In this document: positions 28,197-38,696 of the stretch, one piece after another
Layout: every line of letters starts with the position of its first letter
Position numbering within the stretch: the stretch's first letter is position 1
Origin: Tequatrovirus NIC06P2
Direction: 5' to 3' (one strand)
Sequence record: OZ035760.1
DNA length: 64,000 nucleotides
The notes under the pieces: generated by a model
Told to the model about the DNA's origin: nothing
The model's input: only the letters and a program-made list of their open reading frames with translations
Databases searched by the model: none
Position numbers and translations under genes: made by a program

Positions 28197-28205
28197 ACTT
28201 ACTCC

Positions 28206-28568
28206 TTAAAAGAATTTAAACTTTTTCTTTGACCTTTTATTAAATGCATCTTGTAGTTGCATTGTAATACATTTTTCTACATGAGGAGCTAACTCAGCTT
28301 TTCTTTCTTGGTCAAGAACAGCAAAGTCCATTACGACTTTTCCATCAACCCAATCTAATTTTGTCACATACACAATGTGTGTAGAACCATCTTCTAGTTT
28401 AATGACAATCTCCTGGATAACATTTTCCATAGCGGATTTAATTATCTTAAGAGACTCATTAAAAAGACGTTCTTTTCTTTCTTCTTCCCCCTCCGAAGAG
28501 GGGGATTCATCGATAATTTCTAGATCTAAATCTAAATCATCTTTATTCATTAAATTCTTCCATATCAC
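28206..28568 (-). CDS. 40: head vertex assembly chaperone gp40-like
   Basis: 120 aa; between uvsX and 41 as in T4. Confidence 0.7.
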   Translation of the reverse strand: MIWKNLMNKDDLDLDLEIIDESPSSEGEEERKERLFNESLKIIKSAMENVIQEIVIKLEDGSTHIVYVTKLDWVDGKVVMDFAVLDQERKAELAPHVEKCITMQLQDAFNKRSKKKFKFF

Positions 28569-29724
28569 TTAACTGTTCGAGGTCAGTTTCTAAATCAGCA
28601 GCTGATTTACTTTTACTTTCTGGAGATTTAAATTTTTCAACCTTTGAGTTAATCAATTCATCAACTTCAGCTTCAACAATTTCATTACTATCAATAGCAC
28701 CTAACTGATAAGCACGTTTAATAGCATCTCGGAATGGTTGATGCTTAAATAAAGGACCCCAGAATGTAGTGCAGTTGGTATCTTTTGCACGCCAAGATTT
28801 TTCTTCGCGAATCATCTCACCGGTTTCTTCATCAAGAAATTCACGGGCATACCAGCCATTTTTAGGTTTTACTACAAATCCTAATTCTAGAGCCATATCT
28901 AACAATCCAGAATAAGGATCGATACCACCGTCAAATTTAACATCAATAAAGAATTTACTTTTTTCTTTAACGGTACGAGATTTTTCTACATTTAGAACAA
29001 ATTGATACCCCTGAAGATCAGAACCATCTTTAATTTGACGTTTACCGATAATGAATACAGTATCAGCCGAATACATTACGCCTGTACCGCCTGTCATCAC
29101 GGTTTTACTAAACATTTCAATTGTTTCAATTGTATGGTTAACCGCAACGCACGGAATATTTTTAATGCTAAAATAAGGAGTAACAATACGGAATAATGAC
29201 TTCAGTGATTTAGCACGAGTCATATCTGCCACAGATTTTTCATTCAAGGCATCTTCCGTTTCTTTCTTAGAAGCCATATTACCGATTGAGTCGATGAATA
29301 CAATAACCTTTTCACCACGCTCAATAGTTTCAAGCTGATTCACCATATCAATTTTCAGCTGTTCAACTGATTGGATTGGCGTATGAATTACTCGTTCCGG
29401 GTCAACACCCATAGACTTAAGATAAGCCGGAGTGATACCAAACTCTGAGTCATAGAACAAACAGATAGCATCAGGATACTTATTCAAATAAGCTGCTACC
29501 ATTGTCAGTGACATATTAGATTTAAAATGTTTAGAAGGCCCTGCGAAAATAGTTAAACCAGACTGCATACCACCATCAATCGCACCGCTAATTGCAATAT
29601 TAAGCATTGGAATTTTTGTACGAATTACATCCTTTTCATTAAAGAATTTAGATGTAGTCAGTTCAGCAGTCATTTTAGAAGTGGAAGCTTTAATCAAACG
29701 GGATTTTAAATCTGCAATAGACAT
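28543..29724 (-). CDS. uvsX: UvsX recombinase (RecA-like)
   Basis: 393 aa vs 391 in T4; RecA-fold Walker A GPSKHFKS. Confidence 0.95.
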   Translation of the reverse strand: MSIADLKSRLIKASTSKMTAELTTSKFFNEKDVIRTKIPMLNIAISGAIDGGMQSGLTIFAGPSKHFKSNMSLTMVAAYLNKYPDAICLFYDSEFGITPAYLKSMGVDPERVIHTPIQSVEQLKIDMVNQLETIERGEKVIVFIDSIGNMASKKETEDALNEKSVADMTRAKSLKSLFRIVTPYFSIKNIPCVAVNHTIETIEMFSKTVMTGGTGVMYSADTVFIIGKRQIKDGSDLQGYQFVLNVEKSRTVKEKSKFFIDVKFDGGIDPYSGLLDMALELGFVVKPKNGWYAREFLDEETGEMIREEKSWRAKDTNCTTFWGPLFKHQPFRDAIKRAYQLGAIDSNEIVEAEVDELINSKVEKFKSPESKSKSAADLETDLEQLSDMEEFNE

Positions 29725-29801
29725 TCATTTTTTCCATAGGCATCATTATATTTTCCTCACTGGTTAAAGATAGAGTAATTATAACACAATAAATTTAGGC
29801 A

Positions 29802-30644
29802 TTAATCAACTGCTATTGGATGAATAGCATTAAACTTATGAAATGCTTCTGATTTTTCTTTACGAGAAACACACATGCGAAGAACCTTTAATGGCTCGTC
29901 TTCTTCACCCAACGATTTTCGTTTTTCAATATTAGAAGTTTTCCAACGAGCTTGCTCTGGAAACTCTCTATTGATTTGCTCAAGCGCTCTATTATGTTTA
30001 GAATTACTGCGAATTGAACTGCACCCGCCAGGAGCTTGTGCTTTTCCAGATACAACCAGATATTTGAACAAGGCCAAATGCGGATAACCTTGATTAATTA
30101 AATTGAGAAATGCATACATATCTTCGCATAAATCAATTTTTCCATACCCAATTTGTTCTGTGGTAAGTTTTCCGAGGTCATACCATGTATTCGTGAATCC
30201 GTATGAATTTTCACGATAATTACCCCAAGATGAAGTAATTTTAAAAATTGGTAGACGAGCATGACCGTGATAATACCCGCAATCCATGGCATCTTCAACG
30301 TATTGAATCAATTCATAGAACTGTTCACGAGTTAATTGATTAATTTTATCTACACATCGGCGATCATCTCTTTTTCGCATTGAACTCATACGAATAGTAG
30401 TATCATCGTCAATCATCCAGATTCGTTGACCTGCATACATATCAGTAATTGCTTTACGAGTACCGGCAATTCCGTTTACATCATCAGGAATAGTTACAAT
30501 TTTAGCTTTAGACCCATAGGCATCATAATAAGCTTTTTCTTCATGTTCACGTACTACGATATGAGGTTCATAATCAGTCGGAAACATATCAAGGGCAGAA
30601 ACTGCCCCTACACGTTGATAGCTCGGAATTACGAATTGAATCAT
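29802..30644 (-). CDS. GT-A fold glycosyltransferase, probably beta-glucosyl-HMC-alpha-glucosyltransferase of T2/T6 type
   Basis: 280 aa; VIPSYQR N-terminal motif and DDD (DxD) motif at IWMIDDDT; occupies the T4 beta-gt locus. Confidence 0.6.
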   Translation of the reverse strand: MIQFVIPSYQRVGAVSALDMFPTDYEPHIVVREHEEKAYYDAYGSKAKIVTIPDDVNGIAGTRKAITDMYAGQRIWMIDDDTTIRMSSMRKRDDRRCVDKINQLTREQFYELIQYVEDAMDCGYYHGHARLPIFKITSSWGNYRENSYGFTNTWYDLGKLTTEQIGYGKIDLCEDMYAFLNLINQGYPHLALFKYLVVSGKAQAPGGCSSIRSNSKHNRALEQINREFPEQARWKTSNIEKRKSLGEEDEPLKVLRMCVSRKEKSEAFHKFNAIHPIAVD

Positions 30645-31282
30645 TTAAGTGCCTTACATTTGTCAAAATGGTATCTTGTCATATTTGGCCCACGTCCTTT
30701 TAGTCCGCAATGCGGACATATTTTTTCTATCAAATTATGAGGTTTTCCTTTACGATTTTTAGACATCGTTTCTTTAATTATTTTAGCTTTTTCTACGCCA
30801 AAAATTTCTTCATAAGTTTTACCAGAATTTTCCTTGGCTCGATTTATAATTCCATATGCCTGCTCATTTTTACCATACATTGGATTACCTTCGCCTTTCA
30901 TTCTTTTAGAATGATCAGGACGCTTGATTCCACGAAAGGCATTTCCGCACTTATATCTTTCTTCTGGAGATAGTTTTTTACCGTACATTCCATTTAATTT
31001 GCCTGGAAAACTTCCTCCCCATGCTTCATTCTTTAAATTATATGAATCCGGACAATTAGCAGCATCTAAACAAGTTAAAATAATTTCTTCAACCTGTCTA
31101 AACATTGGTCCTTCATATAATATTTCTTTATTAAAGAATTTTATTCCATATTTCTTTTTAGCATGTTGCCAAACTACACCCGAACCATCATAATTCGGGT
31201 TGTGACCATCATGACTTCCTATATACCACTTTTTAGTTTTAGGATGTTTATACTTATAAACATGTGGCACATTTACTTCCAT
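30641..31282 (-). CDS. GIY-YIG homing endonuclease (Seg-like)
   Basis: VYKYKHPKTKKWYIGSHDG GIY-YIG motif; C-terminal zinc finger CPHCGLKGRGPNMTRYHFDKC; start overlaps stop of gene 42, stop overlaps start of glycosyltransferase. Confidence 0.7.
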   Translation of the reverse strand: MEVNVPHVYKYKHPKTKKWYIGSHDGHNPNYDGSGVVWQHAKKKYGIKFFNKEILYEGPMFRQVEEIILTCLDAANCPDSYNLKNEAWGGSFPGKLNGMYGKKLSPEERYKCGNAFRGIKRPDHSKRMKGEGNPMYGKNEQAYGIINRAKENSGKTYEEIFGVEKAKIIKETMSKNRKGKPHNLIEKICPHCGLKGRGPNMTRYHFDKCKALK

Positions 31283-32013
31283 TTTCCAGTATAATCCTTT
31301 TTAGCAATATGAGTCTCACCGGTGTTCCACCAATGGTCAACTAAATAAAACTGATTTTCGTACACATGAAGACTTCCAACGTTCCATATAATAGAACCTG
31401 CTTTATATTGCCGCGATGGGTCGCCTGCATTCAAATCAGATACTAATTTATATAGTACGTATTTTTGCCAAGCATAATCATTACGATAGCCTGCCCAGCA
31501 ATCATTGCTTCTCATGCTAACAACCGCATTGACTTTCTTATCACGAATCAGGTACTGTACTGTATTAGTACACATGAAATCTGACATGCCATCTTTATTG
31601 TAGTCAAACTGCATAGATGGACGAGTATAAATCATGATACCACGTCGAGAATCAGGATTTTGACCAAGTTCAGCTAAACACATATCATACTGGGCATAGT
31701 TATCTTCTGACCAGATAGCCCAACCATAATTTGAGTTAATTTCGCCTTTAGAAGATGCTACCTGTTGCCAAATCTTCGGTGTTTCACCCGGAATATCTTT
31801 AACAAACAGACTTTGAGACTTGTACCATTCAAGTTCACGCTGAATGTATTCATCATTAAGAGCGCCAAAAATAAACGGTTCATCTGCTACAAATGATGCG
31901 CCAATAATTTCAATAGTTTTAACACCAGTTTTATCAACTACGAAATCTTTTTCCTTTAATGCAGTTCCCAAATAAAAACGGATTTCTTCAACTGTCATAG
32001 AGTCATTAATCAT
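31273..32013 (-). CDS. 42: dCMP hydroxymethylase
   Basis: 246 aa as T4 gp42; thymidylate-synthase-like fold. Confidence 0.92.
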   Translation of the reverse strand: MINDSMTVEEIRFYLGTALKEKDFVVDKTGVKTIEIIGASFVADEPFIFGALNDEYIQRELEWYKSQSLFVKDIPGETPKIWQQVASSKGEINSNYGWAIWSEDNYAQYDMCLAELGQNPDSRRGIMIYTRPSMQFDYNKDGMSDFMCTNTVQYLIRDKKVNAVVSMRSNDCWAGYRNDYAWQKYVLYKLVSDLNAGDPSRQYKAGSIIWNVGSLHVYENQFYLVDHWWNTGETHIAKKDYTGKWK

Positions 32014-32166
32014 TTAAACCTCAATTGATGCATTCATATTTAAATTGTAACAGTAATAAACCCCACCCTATGATAAGAGTTGGAATCATAGCAGGAACTG
32101 TTACGCTATAGTATATACTTATTATAACCATCAAGATTAAAAGCAACACTGCTATAATTTTGCTTT

Positions 32167-32418
32167 TCATTCTTTCTCTCTGATGATAATTACCTGATTT
32201 GGCTGTGCAGACTTTTTAGTTTCACCAGCAATTGACCAAATAAATGTAATAAACCAACCAATAATTGACCAGTTAAACAGTAAAGATGTGAAAAAGATTC
32301 CTACTGTCGATTTTGACCCACGCATCAAGGCGATAAACCATGGAAGCATGTATATAATAATAGCCAACACGCCTGAAACTAAAACCATAAAAATTGAACC
32401 TGCTACTAAAGTTTCCAT
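32167..32418 (-). CDS. imm: Imm superinfection immunity membrane protein
   Basis: 83 aa as T4 Imm; two hydrophobic helices. Confidence 0.85.
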   Translation of the reverse strand: METLVAGSIFMVLVSGVLAIIIYMLPWFIALMRGSKSTVGIFFTSLLFNWSIIGWFITFIWSIAGETKKSAQPNQVIIIREKE

Positions 32419-32425
32419 GTTTTCC

Positions 32426-32806
32426 TCACTTAGTCAAATTTTTTACACATGAATTATAAGAATTCACTACATACTCCATCGGAGCATTTTTACCTGTACG
32501 CCATTGGTAATTATTAGCCCAATTTGCCCAAAGTTCTGCACAGTAATTTTCAATTTTTTCTTCGCGTGTAATTACATCCGAATTACGATATGCTTGAGCA
32601 GATTCATCTGGACGAATAGCTTCGTCAAAATTCGCCTGCATTTGTTCTACTGTCTCTTTTGGAGCTTCTTTATAACACTTGACATTAGGATTATAAAACT
32701 TGCTTGAACAGTTTACAATTTTTCCTACATCAGACTGATTTACTACCGGTCCTTGAGCTACACAACCAGTAAGACCTAATGCAATAACCAAAATAGCGAT
32801 TTTCAT
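32426..32806 (-). CDS. putative lipoprotein (126 aa), imm.1 position
   Basis: signal peptide with lipobox LTGC. Confidence 0.55.
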   Translation of the reverse strand: MKIAILVIALGLTGCVAQGPVVNQSDVGKIVNCSSKFYNPNVKCYKEAPKETVEQMQANFDEAIRPDESAQAYRNSDVITREEKIENYCAELWANWANNYQWRTGKNAPMEYVVNSYNSCVKNLTK

Positions 32807-32816
32807 AATAATTTCC

Positions 32817-33065
32817 TCAAATGCAAGTAGTAATTACTCCAGTAGTGCTTATGCAGGTATTACCCATTTGCACACCTAAAGATCCATTTGTATTCACATG
32901 AAGATTATCATCAATTTTAACTGATATTTTACCATTAGTGTGAATAACGGTGCTAGATTCAATCACAGGTTGAGTATCATTTTCAACACTAACAAATGGA
33001 ACTGCTGCTAATGCAACTAAACAAACTGCTAAGCATCCCATAACAATTTTCATTTTATTCTCCAA
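32817..33065 (-). CDS. secreted small protein (82 aa)
   Basis: N-terminal signal peptide MKIVMGCLAVCLVALAAVPFVSV. Confidence 0.5.
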   Translation of the reverse strand: MENKMKIVMGCLAVCLVALAAVPFVSVENDTQPVIESSTVIHTNGKISVKIDDNLHVNTNGSLGVQMGNTCISTTGVITTCI

Positions 33066-33086
33066 ATCCGTATTAGTTGATAGTTG

Positions 33087-33117
33087 TATAGTACCATGGA
33101 AGAACAGTCTTGTAAAC
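33087..33117 (-). promoter_or_regulatory. T4-type early promoter
   Basis: reverse complement CTGTTTACAAGACTGTTCTTCCATGGTACTATACAACTATCAACTAA. Confidence 0.6.
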
Positions 33118-33204
33118 AGTTTTGTGAAAATTTTTTAGGGAATTCTAAAGGTCCAGAATCATCTGTTTTTCATAAGTATAGATTTATATTACTTGTATGA
33201 AAAA

Positions 33205-33220
33205 GGGACCCGGAGGTCCC
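33205..33220 (-). terminator. intrinsic terminator hairpin downstream of gene 43
   Basis: minus RNA GGGACCUCCGGGUCCCUUUUUCAUAC. Confidence 0.6.
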
Positions 33221-33233
33221 TAGATTTATTCTA

Positions 33234-35930
33234 TCAGCCAAACAGGAAGTCTAACGAAGCTTTTTCTTCATAGTCCATACCAGCCGATTCACACATGCCT
33301 GCAAGCGGTTTAACAAACGATTTTTGGAACAAAGTTGAGTGGTCAATCCAAGATAGTACATCAGAACGAATTTCTTTTGGAAGTTCTGTACCCGACGGCC
33401 AAGCAATGCACTTGTCACCAAATGGATTTCCTTCACGTAATGGAAGAACCATTACCTTATTTCCATCCAAAATTGGAGCTACACCTAGACCGCTAACAGC
33501 TCGACGATAAGTTAGCACACCACGAATATGGAACGGACATTTAAATCCTGGCCAACCTTTATCATCATATTTCGCTATATCGTTCGCAGTTTTTACTTCA
33601 GCAATAACTTTATAGTCAAGTTGACGATATTCTTTCTCGAAGTTCTTGTAATATTCTTGGACAGACTCTTCACCTTCCTGAAGAATACGACGAATACTTT
33701 CTTCGAGAGCTTCTTGCACTGCTTTTGGTGTTGAACTCTGCTGAGTTTCCATACCCATGATTTTTAGATGCGGTTCAGCAAATCGTTTATCTTCCATATC
33801 ATAAACGTTCAGAGCATAACGCTTTTTCGCTTTCCAAAATCCACCAACGCCCTTTGAACCAAGTGGAGGGCAAGAAATAGCTTCACGGTCCATATGCATC
33901 AGATGCTCGCGGTTATTCATATAATCACATAACTCACGATATGCAACATCAATCATAGGTTCCATCTTTTTCTTACCGAACTGATTCATGAATTCAACTA
34001 AATCGTTCTGCTCTTTGAATCGGTCAAGACCTACTTTTTCAATAACTTTATCTACGCAAACATATACCGAATCAGTATCACCTGCTGCAATGAAATCTTC
34101 GCCATTAGTTCCGCATACTTTATTCAGATATTCATTAATTTTACGAGCAATCCACTGAATACCAACTTGGCCGAAAATTGTGATAGCAGTAGCATTTCGC
34201 AAATCATAGTAACGGAAATGAATATTACCAAGAGCACCATAAAGACTGTTAATAAGAATTTTACGGTTCAGCTGATTTGTGTTAGCAAGTGTAGCTGCTT
34301 TTTCACATTCTTCGATCAGACTATTAAGAACAGATTCAGTGTAATTCGATAATTCATTTAAGAAATCATCACTGAACTTAACATATCGTTCAACTTCTGG
34401 TTTAGTTGAACAAGACCCCGCGCCTTTCATAATAATCTTTTTAATAGCTTCGGCATTCATTTCTTCAGCGAACATTTTCTTTTTCCAGTCTTTACGCTGG
34501 AAAAATACTTTAGCGATTTCCTTTGGAATGATACCTTCTTGATGCTTATCATACATCCATCCATTCGGAGAACAAGAATATTCATCACTCGGTTTAGGAG
34601 CTGTTCCTGCAATATATTCATGAATTGGATGAACTTTAAACTGCCCACGAATAGTCTCAGGACTAATGTTAACCTGACGAATAATGCTAGGATACAGAGA
34701 CGTCAAGTCAAAACTCATAATATATCGACGAGCAATTGGTTTAGGTTCAAACACAAATGCACCTGGAAAACTTTGTTTAACGTGCGAACCCTGTTGAGGA
34801 ATAACCTTATGTTCACCTTTCAATGAGTTAAAAATAATAGCATCCCAAGTTTTAATAGGACTCATTACACCAGAAAAAGGCATTTTAGCATAATAAGACA
34901 TACTTAAAACTAGATCGATAAACCCGCGAATTTTATCAATTGCTTGAACTGATTCTACGTCAATGATGTTATAACTAATGTATCGTTGATGATTAGTCTC
35001 ACGAAGTTTATTAATAGGACCGTCGTATGGTAATTTACCTTTTTTGGTTTCATGCTGAGCAACTGATTCCAAAGAGAATGACGGCAAATTAGTAAAAGCG
35101 AATTTCTTGTACAAATCTAAATAATCAAGAATAGATACGCCATCAATAGAATAAATTTCTTTGCTACCGTACATATTTTGGATAAGTTTAGATTTTACTC
35201 GACCGATTGGAGAGAAGCGTTTCATACTACGTTCACCGAGAACCATTTTAACGCGATTCATGATATACGGAACGTCAAATCCCTCAATATTCCAACCAGT
35301 AAAAATAGCAGGTCGTTTCTGTTCCCAGAGATTGATATATTCCATGAGCATATCACGCTCATTATCGAATGGCATATAAATTACTCGGTCAAGAATTTCT
35401 TGAGGAACTTCATCACCACCTTCACAGTCAAGCTTAGCAGCTAACTTTGCATCCCATTTTGATACTGAACCATACATTGAATTCAAAAGGTCGAAAACAT
35501 AAAAACGATCATCAATTGAATCGTAATGAGTGATAGCATCAATTTCATATTCAGCTTTCATTGGGTCAGGAAATTTATCACCAGTAACCTCAATGTCACA
35601 GTTAGCTACACGAACAAATTTTCGGTCATAAACAATTTCTGAACCGTATGTATCACTGATATAAGCGAGTTTAAAATCGTTCATACCGAGAGCTTCGAGA
35701 CCGATGTCTTCCATTCGTTTCATCCAATCTCGAGCATCTTTCATTGATGGAAATTTTTGAGGAGCGCAGTTTTTACCATAGATGTCTTTGTACTTTGACT
35801 CTTCCTTACAATGCCTAAACATAGTTGGAAGATATTCTACTTCACGAGTACGTTCCTTTCCGTTTTCATCAATATAACGTTCAACAATGTTATTTCCGAC
35901 TGTTTCGATAGAGATATAAAATTCTTTCAT
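33234..35930 (-). CDS. 43: DNA polymerase (family B)
   Basis: 898 aa as T4 gp43; MKEFYISIETVGNNIVERYIDENGKERTREVEYLPTMFRHCKEESKYKDIYGK. Confidence 0.97.
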   Translation of the reverse strand: MKEFYISIETVGNNIVERYIDENGKERTREVEYLPTMFRHCKEESKYKDIYGKNCAPQKFPSMKDARDWMKRMEDIGLEALGMNDFKLAYISDTYGSEIVYDRKFVRVANCDIEVTGDKFPDPMKAEYEIDAITHYDSIDDRFYVFDLLNSMYGSVSKWDAKLAAKLDCEGGDEVPQEILDRVIYMPFDNERDMLMEYINLWEQKRPAIFTGWNIEGFDVPYIMNRVKMVLGERSMKRFSPIGRVKSKLIQNMYGSKEIYSIDGVSILDYLDLYKKFAFTNLPSFSLESVAQHETKKGKLPYDGPINKLRETNHQRYISYNIIDVESVQAIDKIRGFIDLVLSMSYYAKMPFSGVMSPIKTWDAIIFNSLKGEHKVIPQQGSHVKQSFPGAFVFEPKPIARRYIMSFDLTSLYPSIIRQVNISPETIRGQFKVHPIHEYIAGTAPKPSDEYSCSPNGWMYDKHQEGIIPKEIAKVFFQRKDWKKKMFAEEMNAEAIKKIIMKGAGSCSTKPEVERYVKFSDDFLNELSNYTESVLNSLIEECEKAATLANTNQLNRKILINSLYGALGNIHFRYYDLRNATAITIFGQVGIQWIARKINEYLNKVCGTNGEDFIAAGDTDSVYVCVDKVIEKVGLDRFKEQNDLVEFMNQFGKKKMEPMIDVAYRELCDYMNNREHLMHMDREAISCPPLGSKGVGGFWKAKKRYALNVYDMEDKRFAEPHLKIMGMETQQSSTPKAVQEALEESIRRILQEGEESVQEYYKNFEKEYRQLDYKVIAEVKTANDIAKYDDKGWPGFKCPFHIRGVLTYRRAVSGLGVAPILDGNKVMVLPLREGNPFGDKCIAWPSGTELPKEIRSDVLSWIDHSTLFQKSFVKPLAGMCESAGMDYEEKASLDFLFG

Positions 35931-35990
35931 AGATATTCCTTAGTTTATAGCCCGAGTTATTAGGCTCTTGATATATTATACTCCAAATAA

Positions 35991-36004
35991 GGGGCCGAAG
36001 CCCC
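35991..36004 (-). other. intergenic RNA stem-loop GGGGCCGAAGCCCC between regA and 43
   Basis: read directly. Confidence 0.5.
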
Positions 36005-36008
36005 TTGC

Positions 36009-36377
36009 TTAATTACCAATCGTATATTTAGGAACAAGTTTCCATTCATGTTTTTGTTTAAAAGAAATAACTCGGAAGTTATTAGTTAAATCTTTCATAA
36101 AAGTTCTTTGTCCAGGAACGATTTCAATCAGTCCCCAATCTTCTAACAGCCATGCAATCGAATCACGACGAACTTCATCTTCTTCTGTCATTTCAACTTG
36201 ACGGCCATCCATACGAAGCATTTCTTTAAAATGAACGATATAGTATAGTCCTTTTTTCTGAAGAATATGACAGGACTGATACAGAACTTTATCTTTATTA
36301 TTAGCAATTCCCATACGAGTCAAAGTTTCTTTTACTTTCAGAAAATCTTCAGGTTTTTTAAGAGTAATTTCAATCAT
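36009..36377 (-). CDS. regA: RegA translational repressor
   Basis: 122 aa as T4 RegA; MIEITLKKPEDFLKVKETLTRMGIANNKDKVLYQSCHILQKKGLYYIVHFKEM. Confidence 0.9.
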   Translation of the reverse strand: MIEITLKKPEDFLKVKETLTRMGIANNKDKVLYQSCHILQKKGLYYIVHFKEMLRMDGRQVEMTEEDEVRRDSIAWLLEDWGLIEIVPGQRTFMKDLTNNFRVISFKQKHEWKLVPKYTIGN

Positions 36378-36378
36378 T

Positions 36379-36942
36379 TTACCATTCCAATGCTAGTTTT
36401 TTGAGTTGTTTCTGTTCTTTTACGTTCTTAGTCACTTCTTTCAAAAAATCATCCGTGACTAAACCTTTTAGTTCTTTTAATACTAAAGGAAGTTTTCCAT
36501 TTTTAGTAAGAATTGATTTATAGTTAATTGCATCATTTGTATTAACTTGATACCGCTTAGCAAGTAACTTAATAATCAATACTTCGGTGGAATCTTCAAC
36601 CAGTTTTGCCCATTTACCGTATCTTTTACCACGAGGAACTGCAGCCATTAGATAATTAAAATGAGCTTCATCACTTAAGCCTGATCCAATTAAATTCATA
36701 GCATATACAGCTGGCATGCACTCTGGAAATTGTGATAATGCATTTTCAACCATGAATTTTGAATAATCTTTTTGAGCAATAGAGCATTTAGTTTTATTAT
36801 TAATAGCTCCAATTATTTCAAAAAATTCATTTTCAGCTTTTTCTTTAAAAGAATCAGCAGCAGATTGGACAGCTGTCCAATCTTTTGAATACCAAGCAAC
36901 TTGATGCTCGTTTAATTGAATATCATCTTCAAATAAGCTCAT
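36379..36942 (-). CDS. 62: clamp loader small subunit
   Basis: 187 aa as T4 gp62; position between 44 and regA. Confidence 0.9.
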   Translation of the reverse strand: MSLFEDDIQLNEHQVAWYSKDWTAVQSAADSFKEKAENEFFEIIGAINNKTKCSIAQKDYSKFMVENALSQFPECMPAVYAMNLIGSGLSDEAHFNYLMAAVPRGKRYGKWAKLVEDSTEVLIIKLLAKRYQVNTNDAINYKSILTKNGKLPLVLKELKGLVTDDFLKEVTKNVKEQKQLKKLALEW

Positions 36943-36943
36943 A

Positions 36944-37903
36944 TCACTTCCACTGCATTTCGCATGCTAATTGAATGAAAAGATAAGCTAGATGCAATTC
37001 AGTATTAGCTGCAATACCATGATACTGATTATTTTCGCCGACAATTTCGTACATACGAATAATACTCTGTGGAGTTACACGTGAATAGATTTCTTCGGCA
37101 AGTTTACCCACGAACCACGAATAATCGGCTGCATATTTTGGTGCTAAAGCTCTGAGTTGTTTAACATCTTTATTTTTGAGAGACTCAAGAACATCATCAA
37201 TAGCACCACGATCGTTAGTAACCAGTGATAAAATACCAGCATCCAAAACACCTTTAGATGAATAACTATCGAGCTCGCCAATAGTTTTACGAAAATCAGG
37301 AAAATTCTTTTTAACCAAAGCTGCTACAACTTTCATATCAGCTATAGCAATTCCTTCACGCTTGCAGATTTCAGTCAACCGACGAATCATCTGCTTCATC
37401 ATTTCAATTTTATCTTCATCGGTCGGTTGACCGAATGTGATAACTCGACAGCGTGACTGAAGCGGTTTAATAATACCATCAATATTGTTAGCAGTAATAA
37501 TAATACTACAGTTTGAACTATAAGCTTCCATAAAGGAACGAAGATGTCGCTGAGATTCTGCTAAACCTGAACGGTCAAATTCATCAATAACAATTACCTT
37601 TTGACGACCATCAAATGAAGCTGCACTCGCAAAATTAGTTAAAGGACCACGAACGAAATCAATTTTACAGTCTGATCCATTTACAAACATCATATCAGCA
37701 TTTACATCATGACACAATGCTTTTGCTACAGTTGTTTTACCTGTTCCTGGAGAAGGAGAATGAAGAATAATATGTGGAATCTTACCTTTACTTGTAATAG
37801 ATTTAAAGGTTTCTTTATCAAAGGCGGGAAGAATACATTCATCGATAGTAGATGGACGATATTTCTGTTCAAGAATGTGTTCTTTTTCATTTACGGTAAT
37901 CAT
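36944..37903 (-). CDS. 44: clamp loader ATPase subunit (AAA+)
   Basis: 319 aa from ATG with GAGGA Shine-Dalgarno (the ORF track starts at an upstream TTG); Walker A SPGTGKTT. Confidence 0.93.
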   Translation of the reverse strand: MITVNEKEHILEQKYRPSTIDECILPAFDKETFKSITSKGKIPHIILHSPSPGTGKTTVAKALCHDVNADMMFVNGSDCKIDFVRGPLTNFASAASFDGRQKVIVIDEFDRSGLAESQRHLRSFMEAYSSNCSIIITANNIDGIIKPLQSRCRVITFGQPTDEDKIEMMKQMIRRLTEICKREGIAIADMKVVAALVKKNFPDFRKTIGELDSYSSKGVLDAGILSLVTNDRGAIDDVLESLKNKDVKQLRALAPKYAADYSWFVGKLAEEIYSRVTPQSIIRMYEIVGENNQYHGIAANTELHLAYLFIQLACEMQWK

Positions 37904-37937
37904 AATTTCCTCATTCAAGTTTTAGTGTAAATTATAA

Positions 37938-37951
37938 AGGGCCGAAGCCCT
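37938..37951 (-). other. intergenic RNA stem-loop AGGGCCGAAGCCCT between 45 and 44
   Basis: read directly. Confidence 0.5.
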
Positions 37952-37954
37952 CTA

Positions 37955-38641
37955 TTAAAAATCGTGGGTAGAATCAGCTTCAAGAGCTACTACATAATTC
38001 GCGTGTTCACCTTCAAATTTAGCAGCGCCTTGTTTACCTTTTGCCCAGAGCAGAAGTTTATAATTTCCTGGTTGCATTTTCATATTTGCCATATTGATAA
38101 TGAAATTAAATGTATTTTCACCATCATAATCACCAAGAGTCAAAGAATATTTAACACGGGTCAGAGCAGAATCTTCTACTTTATTAAAACCGTTAATTAC
38201 GATTTTACCTTCTTTTACCGTGATAGCAATTGTATCAATTTGCAGACCACGAGATACACGCAACAGTTGTTGAAGGTCTTCAGCTTTAATTTCAGTAACA
38301 ACAGATGCTACCGGGAATGGAATTGGTTTATTAGGAGCAACTACTGTACTCGGATCAGCTGCTGGCCAAAAAATTGTTGAACGAGCATCAGCAATTTTAA
38401 TATTTCCATCTTCTGACTGGGAAATTTCTGCATCATCATTAACTAGAGACAGAATACCGAGAAAACCGTTCAAATCGTAAATTGCTACATCAAAATCAAT
38501 AACGTCAGAAATATTTGCTTCCGCATAAGTTGTACCATTAACTGCGCGAGTCATAATAAATTGACCGGATTTAAGCATAATACCAGAGTTAATAGTAGCG
38601 AAATTTTTAAGCAGAGCAGTAGTATCTTTAGACAGTTTCAT
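37955..38641 (-). CDS. 45: sliding clamp
   Basis: 228 aa as T4 gp45. Confidence 0.93.
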   Translation of the reverse strand: MKLSKDTTALLKNFATINSGIMLKSGQFIMTRAVNGTTYAEANISDVIDFDVAIYDLNGFLGILSLVNDDAEISQSEDGNIKIADARSTIFWPAADPSTVVAPNKPIPFPVASVVTEIKAEDLQQLLRVSRGLQIDTIAITVKEGKIVINGFNKVEDSALTRVKYSLTLGDYDGENTFNFIINMANMKMQPGNYKLLLWAKGKQGAAKFEGEHANYVVALEADSTHDF

Positions 38642-38696
38642 GTAATTTCCTTCAATTCAAATGAGATTTAATTTTATAACTAATTAAATAAAGCAA

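Noticed and set aside
33251-33436. 61-aa minus-strand ORF overlapping the 3' end of gene 43
   Set aside because: Alternative frame within the DNA polymerase gene.
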